A stretch of 64,000 bases of DNA from Thermoanaerobaculales bacterium. GTDB taxonomy: Bacteria; Acidobacteriota; Thermoanaerobaculia; Thermoanaerobaculales; Sulfomarinibacteraceae. The translations under genes were made by a program, and so were the position numbers. The stretch spans positions 472,207 through 536,206 of the forward strand of contig DAOPQC010000002.1 in NCBI GenBank assembly GCA_035358815.1, read 5' to 3'. Shown piece after piece: positions 46,268 to 54,015 of this stretch. The notes beneath the pieces were generated by a model. It searched no databases, had not been told where the DNA came from, and was given only the letters and a program-made list of their open reading frames with translations. Within the stretch, counting starts at the first letter, position 1. The number at the start of each line of letters is the position of its first letter.

Positions 46268-47033
46268 ATATCGCCGGCATGACGTTGCCGCCGCACACCG
46301 GGATGAAGGCGCCGGTGATGAAGCCGGCGAGGTCAGAGGCCAGAAGCGCGACGGCGTTCGCGACGTCCTGGTCGGTGCCGCGCCGCCGCAGCGGGACGGC
46401 CGCCTCGTACTCCGGCTGACGCTCGGTGCCCGCGCTGCGGTGGCGGTCGGAGACCATCCAGCCCGGCGCCACCTGATTGACCGTGATGCCGTGCGGGCCG
46501 AGCTCGCGCGCCAGCACCCTAAAGAGCCCGTCCATCCCGCGCTTGCCGGCGGCGTAGGCGGATTGGGTCTCGAAGCACTGCATCGCGCACTCGGTGTTGA
46601 TGCCGATCACCCGGCCGCGGCCGCGTGCGATCATGCCGGGCGCGAAAGCCTTCACCAGGTGGACGCTGTGCAGGACGCACGAGGCGAACTGGCTCGCGAA
46701 GTCCTCGACCGGTTGGTCGAGGACCGGCTGCCAGTGGTACTGGATGACCGCATTGGCGACGATGACGTCGGCGGGCCCGAGCTCGGCCGCCACCGCGTCG
46801 CGCATCGCCTCGACCGACTCCAGCGACGTGACGTCCGCCTGGACGGCGATCGCCCGTACCCCGCTCGACCGCAGCTCCTCGAGCAGGGCCGCGGCCCGCC
46901 CCTGCCCGCGGTGGTAGTGCACCGCCACTGCGGCGCCGGCCCTCCCCAGCGTGCGGGCGATCACCCGGCCGAGCTCGCCGCTCGCCCCGGTCACCACGGC
47001 CACCCGTCCTTGCAGATCAATCGCGAGCCTCAT
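46266..47033 (-). CDS. short-chain dehydrogenase/reductase (FabG-like SDR)
   Basis: The start is reset to ATG 47033 ([22 protein letters not shown], the TGxxxGxG motif) after GAGGAGG. It contains a YAAGK catalytic Tyr-x3-Lys. Confidence 0.85.
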   Translation of the reverse strand: MRLAIDLQGRVAVVTGASGELGRVIARTLGRAGAAVAVHYHRGQGRAAALLEELRSSGVRAIAVQADVTSLESVEAMRDAVAAELGPADVIVANAVIQYHWQPVLDQPVEDFASQFASCVLHSVHLVKAFAPGMIARGRGRVIGINTECAMQCFETQSAYAAGKRGMDGLFRVLARELGPHGITVNQVAPGWMVSDRHRSAGTERQPEYEAAVPLRRRGTDQDVANAVALLASDLAGFITGAFIPVCGGNVMPAI

Positions 47034-47167
47034 CGGTTCCTCCTCAGCGAATGACGTCCTGTGGCATCTGCTGCCAATTCTCGCCTGTCCGCAAGACAGC
47101 GCAAGGGCCTTGGCGAACGCGCCTCGACCGCCGACAGGCCGTGCTAGGCTCCGCGCGGGAGGGCGCC

Positions 47168-49594
47168 ATGAGGTTCGGACACTTCGACGATGCATCCCGC
47201 GAGTACGTCATCGAGACGCCGCGCACCCCCTACCCCTGGATCAACTACCTCGGCACCGAGGAGTTCTTCTCGCTGATCTCGCACACCGCGGGCGGCTACT
47301 GCTTCTATCGCGACGCGCGCTTCCGGCGGCTCCTCCGCTACCGCTACAACAACGTGCCCACCGACGTCGGCGGCCGCTACTTCTACATCCGCGACGGCAG
47401 CGACGTCTGGACGCCGTCGTGGGTGCCGGTCAAGGCCGAGCTCGACCGCTTCTCCTGCCGGCACGGCCTCGGCACGACGCGGATCACCGGGGAGCGGAAC
47501 GGGATCGTCGCCGAGCAGCTGGCGCTGGTGCCGCTCGGCGAGACCGCCGAGGTCCACCAGCTGAGCCTCACCAACACCACCGCAAAGCCGAGGTCCCTGT
47601 CGGTGTTCTCGTTCGTCGAGTTCTGCCTGTGGAACGCCTGGGACGACCAGACCAACTTCCAGCGCAACTTCTCGACCGGCGAGGTCGAGATCGAGGGCAG
47701 CGCGATCTACCACACGACCGAGTACCGCGAGCGCCGCAACCACTACGCGGTGTTCGGGGTCAATGCGGCGATCGCCGGCTTCGACACCGACCGCGAGACC
47801 TTCGTCGGCCGCTGCAACGGCCTCCACGAGCCCGAGGTCGTGCTCGCCGACCGGGCGGCCAACTCGGTGGCGAGCGGCTGGGCGCCGGTCGGCTCCCACC
47901 AGGTCGACGTCAAGCTGGCGGCCGGCGAGACGCGCCGGCTCATCTTCGTGCTCGGCTACGTCGAGAACCCGGCCGCCGACAAGTGGGAGCGGCCTGGCGT
48001 CGTCAACAAGGCGCCGGCGCGCGCCCTGCTCGCGCGCTTCAGCACGCCCGAACAGGTCGAGGCCGCGATCGCGAGGCTGCGCGACCACTGGTCGGAGCTC
48101 CTCTCGGCCTACGTGCTCGACTCGCCGGACGAGCGGCTCAACCGGATGGTCAACACCTGGAACCCCTACCAGTGCATGGTGACCTTCAACCTGTCACGCA
48201 GCGCCTCCTACTTCGAGAGCGGCATCGGCCGCGGCATGGGCTTCCGCGACTCCAACCAGGACCTGCTCGGCTTCGTCCACCTGGTGCCGGCGCGGGCGCG
48301 CGAGCGGATCCTCGACATCGCCGCCACCCAGTTCGCCGACGGCAGCGCCTACCACCAGTACCAGCCGCTGACCAAGCGCGGCAACCACGACATCGGCTCC
48401 GGCTTCAACGACGACCCGCTGTGGCTGATCGAGGGCGTCGCCGCCTACGTCCGGGAGACCGGCGACGAGGCGATCCTGACCGAGGACGTGCCCTTCGACA
48501 ACGAACCTGCCAACAGCGCCAGCCTGTTCGAGCACCTGCGGCGCTCCTTCCACTACACGCTCTCGAACCTCGGCCCGCACGGCCTGCCGCTGATCGGCCG
48601 CGCCGACTGGAACGACTGCCTCAACCTCAACTGCTTCTCCGAGACGCCGGACGAGCCCTACCAGACCACCGCCAACCGCGAGGGCCGCACCGCCGAGTCG
48701 GTGTTCATCGCCGGCCTGTTCGTTCACGCCGCGCCCCTCTTCGCCGAGCTCGCCGAGCTAATGGGCTTCGCCGACGAGGCGGCCGCCGCCCGCGACCACG
48801 CCGCCCGGATGGAGCGGGCGGTGCTCGAGCACGGCTGGGACGGCGAGTGGTTCCTGCGCGCGTACGACTACTTCGGCAACAAGGTCGGCAGCCGCGACTG
48901 CGACGAGGGCAAGATCTTCATCGAGCCGCAGGGCTTCTGCGCGATGGCCGGAATCGGCGTCTCCGACGGCCGGGCAGTGCAGGCGCTCGACTCGGTGAAG
49001 CAGCACCTCGACACCCGCTACGGCATCGTCCTCAACCAGCCCGCCTACTCGACCTACCACGTCGAGCTCGGCGAGATCTCCTCCTACCCGCCGGGCTACA
49101 AGGAGAACGCCGGCATCTTCTGCCACAACAATCCCTGGGTGATGATCGCCGAGACCGTGGTCGGCCGCGGCGACCGGGCGTTCGAGTACTACACCAAGAT
49201 CGCCCCTGCCTGGCTCGAGGAGATCTCCGAGATCCACCGCACCGAGCCCTACGTCTACGCGCAGATGGTGGCGGGCTCGGACGCCGTCCGCCACGGCGAG
49301 GCCAAGAACTCCTGGCTGACCGGCACCGCAGCCTGGAACTGGGTGGCGATCGCGAACCACATCCTCGGCATCCGCCCCGAGCTCGGCGGGCTGCGCGTCT
49401 CGCCCTGCATCGCCGCCGAGATCCCGCACTTCACGGTCACCCGCCGCTGCCGCGGCGCGATCTACCGGATCCGGGTGGTCAACCGGCTCGAGCACAAGGT
49501 GCCACGCCTCAGGGTCAACGGCCGGCCGATCGAGGGCACCCTGGTGCCGTGGGCCCCGGCTGGCGCCACGGTCGAGGTTGAATGCCGAACTTGA
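47168..49594 (+). CDS. GH94 cellobiose phosphorylase
   Basis: The start is reset to ATG 47168. From memory it is collinear with Cellvibrio gilvus CBP: [72 protein letters not shown]. Confidence 0.92.
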   Translation: MRFGHFDDASREYVIETPRTPYPWINYLGTEEFFSLISHTAGGYCFYRDARFRRLLRYRYNNVPTDVGGRYFYIRDGSDVWTPSWVPVKAELDRFSCRHGLGTTRITGERNGIVAEQLALVPLGETAEVHQLSLTNTTAKPRSLSVFSFVEFCLWNAWDDQTNFQRNFSTGEVEIEGSAIYHTTEYRERRNHYAVFGVNAAIAGFDTDRETFVGRCNGLHEPEVVLADRAANSVASGWAPVGSHQVDVKLAAGETRRLIFVLGYVENPAADKWERPGVVNKAPARALLARFSTPEQVEAAIARLRDHWSELLSAYVLDSPDERLNRMVNTWNPYQCMVTFNLSRSASYFESGIGRGMGFRDSNQDLLGFVHLVPARARERILDIAATQFADGSAYHQYQPLTKRGNHDIGSGFNDDPLWLIEGVAAYVRETGDEAILTEDVPFDNEPANSASLFEHLRRSFHYTLSNLGPHGLPLIGRADWNDCLNLNCFSETPDEPYQTTANREGRTAESVFIAGLFVHAAPLFAELAELMGFADEAAAARDHAARMERAVLEHGWDGEWFLRAYDYFGNKVGSRDCDEGKIFIEPQGFCAMAGIGVSDGRAVQALDSVKQHLDTRYGIVLNQPAYSTYHVELGEISSYPPGYKENAGIFCHNNPWVMIAETVVGRGDRAFEYYTKIAPAWLEEISEIHRTEPYVYAQMVAGSDAVRHGEAKNSWLTGTAAWNWVAIANHILGIRPELGGLRVSPCIAAEIPHFTVTRRCRGAIYRIRVVNRLEHKVPRLRVNGRPIEGTLVPWAPAGATVEVECRT

Positions 49595-49826
49595 CTCGCT
49601 TCCGCTTCCGCGCCCGCTTCCGAACGACGGCGCGAAGGCTGGACCTGCGCCCCGTCCCGCCTCCGCTTCCGGGCCCGTCAGCAGATGTTCGAACCGCCGA
49701 GACCGCAGAGGGCGCGGAGAGGTGCGGCGCAAGACCACTCCTCCGCGTGCTCAGCGTGCTCAGCGGTTCAACACAGAATCCGGAAGCGGAAGCGGATGCG
49801 GGCGCGGAAGCGGGTGGGGGTGGAGG
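49595..49826. repeat. intergenic element with a CTTCCG-type arm, a central 86-nt hairpin and a GGAAGC-type arm
   Basis: Arms 49602-49622 and 49793-49813 are complementary at 20 of 21 positions. The central imperfect hairpin spans 49687-49772 (GAACCGC...GCGGTTC). The element fills the gap between the convergent GH94 and lipoprotein genes. Confidence 0.85.
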
Positions 49827-49829
49827 CGC

Positions 49830-51794
49830 CTACCGCGGCTCGCGCAGCACCCTCCGGATGACCTCGGCCTTGGCGGGGTCGGCCGCAATGTGATCCCACT
49901 GCCAGAACACGACGCCGGCCGAGGGCGGCTCGAGCGCGGCCCGCAGGCCGGCCTCGAGCTCGTCGACCGACAGCGCCTCGTCCCGGTAGGCCGCCGCGAC
50001 CTGGATGCTCGGCAGCACCGGGCAGCGTCCGGCCTCGGCGACGTCGCGGACCACCGATGCGATCCACTCCGGCGGACGATAGAGCATGTGCGCGTAGCAC
50101 ATCGGTGACAGGTAGTCGGCGAGGTGGCCGAGGGCCGCGCGGTCCTGGCCGGCGATGCGGCCGATCGCGCCCTCGAAGTCGCCGGTCCGCCACGGCACGA
50201 CGTGGAGGTTCACCCGCAGGTTCGACTTGACCGCCTTGGCAGCCTGGATGATCTGCCACGCCAGCGAGGAGATCGTGTCCTCCTTGAAGGCGGTCCACTC
50301 GGCGGCCGCGTTGGTGCGGATCCAGGCCGCGGCGGCGACCGGGTCGTCGACCGGCAGCTGCGACCCCGGAGCGAGGGTCGCGGCGAAGCGCCGCAGGCAC
50401 TTCGGGCAGTAGCAGGCGTCGGGCAGGCGCGCCGGGTCGGCGTCGGGCCGCACCTCTTCCCAGAACACGAAGTCGCGGATGAAGTCGAGGCTGAGGCCGT
50501 CCGGCCGCAGCTTCTGCACGAGCGCGACCGCCTCGTCGACCCGGCGCTGCCGCAGCTCGTCCCGCGACGGGCAGGCGAACTCCACCCAGTCGTCCTTCGC
50601 CGGCTTACCGTCGGCGGTCACCGCAGAGAGGCTGGGGTCCGCCGCGAGCGCCTCCGGCGCGTAAAGCACCGGGAAGATCACGTAGATCTGGATGCCGGCT
50701 TGCCTCGCGAGCTCTCGGAAGCCCTCGCGCGAGGCGAGCTGCTCGCTCGCGAACACGTGCGTGACGCCGAGCTCCCGCCACCCGGCGAACAGCTCGCCGA
50801 GATCACCGTCAAAGTCGTAGATCTTCACCCCGACGATCGGCCGCGGCGTCGGGTCGTAGCCGTTGGCAGGCGACGCCGCACCGGCAGCTACGAAACCGGC
50901 ATCCGGGCCGGGCGGGAAGACGTCGAGGACCGTGAAGTCGACCCAGTAGAGCCCGGCCGCGTTCGGCACCGCGGCCAGGATCGCCCGGCCGATGTCGCCC
51001 GGCGGGTCAGCGAGCTGGCGCCACCACGGCCGGTCTGACGGGTAGCCGAACTGGAAGGCCACTGGCGCCGGCACGAAGCTGCGGCCCCACGCCGCGAACT
51101 CCTCGACCATCGCGTCGAGCGAGGGCAGGATCTGGCTGTCGTCGACGAACAGCAGGCCGTCGCGCAGCGTCGGCGGCAGCTTGGACTGCTCCCAGTGCTT
51201 GAGGAACAGGCGGTAGCGCGGGTCGTGGCTGCGGATCGCCGCCAGCCACGCCGCCGCCTCCTCGTCGGTGACCGGCTTGCCCTCGGGACGCTCGGTCGAC
51301 TGGTACCACTCGACGTCGATGCCGAAGCCGGCCACGCTCGGGTGGCTGCCGTAGCGGCCGAGCACGAGGTGGATGAGCTCCGCGACCGGCGCGTGGCCGG
51401 GCTCGACCTGCAGCCAGACCCGGAAGCCATTGCGGTCGAAGAGGTCGAGGGCCGCCTGGTTGTGGTCCTCCGGCACCGCGGTGATGAGTGGGCTTGACGG
51501 CTCGGCAGGGAAGTTGAGCTCGGTGCCGTCGCCGCGCAACCGGCCGACGATCCAGATCGTCTCGGGCACCGCGCCGTCGAAGCGCGACGCCATCTCCTGT
51601 CCGACCCGCAGCCAGTACTCGGGCCCGGGGTCGCGCTGCGGCCCGTAGGCCGAGAAGCGGAAGCCGGCGCCGAGCGGCCGGCCGGCGCCGGGCTCCGGGC
51701 CGCCGTCACCCGCCGAGCCGCAGCCCATCGGGAGGAGCCCGACGGCCACCGCCACCATCGAGAGCCACCCGAGCCTGAACCGCGCAAACCTCAT
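49830..51794 (-). CDS. lipoprotein with two tandem TIM-barrel-like, glycoside-hydrolase-like domains of unknown specificity
   Basis: 654 aa. Lipobox LLPMGC. The second half (DFIRDFVFWEE, CYCPKCLRRF, NLHVVPW) resembles uncharacterised GH-like (GHL/DUF4015-type) families. An ATGA overlap links it to the upstream ROK kinase gene. Confidence 0.7.
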   Translation of the reverse strand: MRFARFRLGWLSMVAVAVGLLPMGCGSAGDGGPEPGAGRPLGAGFRFSAYGPQRDPGPEYWLRVGQEMASRFDGAVPETIWIVGRLRGDGTELNFPAEPSSPLITAVPEDHNQAALDLFDRNGFRVWLQVEPGHAPVAELIHLVLGRYGSHPSVAGFGIDVEWYQSTERPEGKPVTDEEAAAWLAAIRSHDPRYRLFLKHWEQSKLPPTLRDGLLFVDDSQILPSLDAMVEEFAAWGRSFVPAPVAFQFGYPSDRPWWRQLADPPGDIGRAILAAVPNAAGLYWVDFTVLDVFPPGPDAGFVAAGAASPANGYDPTPRPIVGVKIYDFDGDLGELFAGWRELGVTHVFASEQLASREGFRELARQAGIQIYVIFPVLYAPEALAADPSLSAVTADGKPAKDDWVEFACPSRDELRQRRVDEAVALVQKLRPDGLSLDFIRDFVFWEEVRPDADPARLPDACYCPKCLRRFAATLAPGSQLPVDDPVAAAAWIRTNAAAEWTAFKEDTISSLAWQIIQAAKAVKSNLRVNLHVVPWRTGDFEGAIGRIAGQDRAALGHLADYLSPMCYAHMLYRPPEWIASVVRDVAEAGRCPVLPSIQVAAAYRDEALSVDELEAGLRAALEPPSAGVVFWQWDHIAADPAKAEVIRRVLREPR

Positions 51795-52669
51795 GCTGTT
51801 GCCCCCGTCCCGCCGCCCGCGGTCATCGCGTCGACGTAGAGCGCCGCCGCCCCGAGCACGGCCGCGTCCGCGAGCTCGCTCGCCTCGATGACCAGCCGCT
51901 CGATCACGTGCGGGTAGGCGAAGGCGGCGAGCCCTGCCCGCATCGGCGCTTCGAAGAGGTCGAACGCCGCCGCGATCGATCCGCCCAGGATCACGGCCTC
52001 GGGGTCGTAGGCGCAGCAGACGATCATCACCGCCTCGGCGAGCTCGCGGCCGAAGCGCTCGAAGAGCGCGATCGCCGCCGCGTCACCGGAGCGCGCCCGC
52101 TCGTGGGCCTCGCCCCCCGACACCCCGCCCTCGCGCAGGAAGAAGCGGCCGGCGCACCAGTCCTCGAGCGTGAGGCCCTTGTGCGGCATGGCGCCGATCT
52201 CGCCGGCACAGCAGTTACGGCCGCTGTGCAGGAGGCCGCCGATGATCACGCCGGTCCCGAGGCCGGTGCCGAGCGTCAGCCCGACCAGGTCGCGGTACGC
52301 CCGCCCCTTGCCGAACACGTGCTCGCCGACGGCGAAGGCGTTGGCGTCGTTGTTGACGTACGTCGGCACGGAGAAGCGCCGCTCGAGCACCGCCTTCAGC
52401 GGCACCCGCTTCCAGGACGGGATGTTCTCGACCTCGAACACGGTTCCCGTCGCGACGTCGACCACGCTCGGCACGCCGCAGCCGATGCCGACCACCTGCT
52501 CGTCATGGAGCTCGGCGATCGCGGACGCGATCTCCTCGAGCACCACCTGCTCGGCGGCCTGGCCGGAAATCGGCCGGCTGACGGCGCGGGCGACCCTGCC
52601 ACCCGCGACCGCGCCGACCCTGACCTTGGTGCCGCCGAGGTCGACCCCGATGATGGTTCCCTCGCCCAC
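51791..52669 (-). CDS. ROK-family sugar kinase (glucokinase / GlcN / GlcNAc kinase-like)
   Basis: 292 aa with a GTG start 7 nt after GGGAGG. Motifs: IIGVDLGGTKVRVG, VNNDANAFAVGE, GLTLGTGLGTGVI, CAGEIG. Confidence 0.85.
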   Translation of the reverse strand: MGEGTIIGVDLGGTKVRVGAVAGGRVARAVSRPISGQAAEQVVLEEIASAIAELHDEQVVGIGCGVPSVVDVATGTVFEVENIPSWKRVPLKAVLERRFSVPTYVNNDANAFAVGEHVFGKGRAYRDLVGLTLGTGLGTGVIIGGLLHSGRNCCAGEIGAMPHKGLTLEDWCAGRFFLREGGVSGGEAHERARSGDAAAIALFERFGRELAEAVMIVCCAYDPEAVILGGSIAAAFDLFEAPMRAGLAAFAYPHVIERLVIEASELADAAVLGAAALYVDAMTAGGGTGATA

Positions 52670-52690
52670 GGCCCAACCTCCCTGGTGGCG

Positions 52691-53968
52691 TCATCCCCTG
52701 CCGCGGCCGGTCAGGCTCGCCAGCAGCTCGCGCGGCGTGACGGTGGCGTTGTCGACCAGCGGCTTCGCCCACAGCCCGATCGAGAAGATGTAGCCGAGGG
52801 TCAGAAAGAGCAGCGTCATGGCGGCCCGCAGCCCGATCTGGTCGCCGATCGCGCCGACCAGCCACGGCACCACCGCGCCGCCGAGGATCCCGCTGCACAG
52901 GATCCCGGAGAACGAACCGTGGTGCTCGGCGACCGAGTTCAGCGCGAGCGAGAAGACGATCGACCACATCACCGACAGGAAGAAGCCGAACGCCATGAAG
53001 GCGAGCCGCGAGACCGAGGCTGGGCCCGAGAGCGCCACCACGAGGCTCAGCATGGCCGCGGTCGTGAAGCCGACCAGCACGCGCCGCGCGTCGATCAGCT
53101 TCAGCAGCAGCAGGCCGAGCAGGCAGCCGGCGGTCATCAGGCCCCAGAAGTAGGAGACGGTGCGCGCGCCCTCCACCTGGGGGTCGAGCCCGTGGTAGAC
53201 CTCGAGGAAGCGGGACACCCAGTTGGCGACTCCCTGCTCGGTGCCGACGTAGGCGAAGATCCCGAAGAAAAAGAGCCAGACGTAGCGATTGCGGAGCAGC
53301 TCGCGGTAGGTCGAGGCTCCGCCGGTGCGCTCGTCGGCCTTGAGCTCGACCCTGGGCAGCCGGACCGAGGCCAGCACCAGGACCATGACCGCGGTGACCA
53401 CCGTGAAGACCCAGTAGAGCGACACCCAGGGCAGCGCCGGCGGCACGATCCCGGCGAGCAGCCCGAGCACCCCGTCGGCCGGACGCGGGTCGGCCTGGAG
53501 TCGCGCCACCAGGAACGAGTAGACGTGGGGGCTCAGGAACGAGGCCGAGCCGAACACCAGCTGCGCCATCACCGAGAAGAAGGCGAAGTGCTCCTCGCCA
53601 CCCGCCACCCGCAGCAGCGGGTTGATCGCCACCTGCAGCATGGTCATGCCGATGCCAATCGAAAACAGCGACACCAGCGCCACTGCGAAGGTCGGGAAGC
53701 TCGCGAACAGGAACGAGCCGCCGAAGGCGAGCACGAAGGCGGCGACCAGGATCGGCTTGTGGCCGAAGCGCTCGAGCAGCACCCCGGCCGGGATCGACAT
53801 CACGCCGTAGGCGACGAAGAACGAGAACGGCAGGAAGCCGGCCAGGGTCAGGCTCAGGCTGAAGCCCTTGATGATGTCCGGCACCAGCGGCCCCAGGATG
53901 TTGGTCAGGAAGGAGATCACGAAGAAGATCAGGAACACGAGCAGGACGATCGCCATGCTCCGCTTCAT
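52691..53968 (-). CDS. MFS sugar:H+ symporter (FucP/GluP-type)
   Basis: 425 aa with 12 predicted TM segments. The N-terminal pattern FFVISFLTNILGPLVPDIIKGF is typical of glucose/galactose/fucose permeases. Confidence 0.85.
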   Translation of the reverse strand: MKRSMAIVLLVFLIFFVISFLTNILGPLVPDIIKGFSLSLTLAGFLPFSFFVAYGVMSIPAGVLLERFGHKPILVAAFVLAFGGSFLFASFPTFAVALVSLFSIGIGMTMLQVAINPLLRVAGGEEHFAFFSVMAQLVFGSASFLSPHVYSFLVARLQADPRPADGVLGLLAGIVPPALPWVSLYWVFTVVTAVMVLVLASVRLPRVELKADERTGGASTYRELLRNRYVWLFFFGIFAYVGTEQGVANWVSRFLEVYHGLDPQVEGARTVSYFWGLMTAGCLLGLLLLKLIDARRVLVGFTTAAMLSLVVALSGPASVSRLAFMAFGFFLSVMWSIVFSLALNSVAEHHGSFSGILCSGILGGAVVPWLVGAIGDQIGLRAAMTLLFLTLGYIFSIGLWAKPLVDNATVTPRELLASLTGRGRG

Positions 53969-54015
53969 GCGCTCACCCCTCGTTCTGCGCCGCCGTGCGG
54001 CGCCTCATCCTCGCG

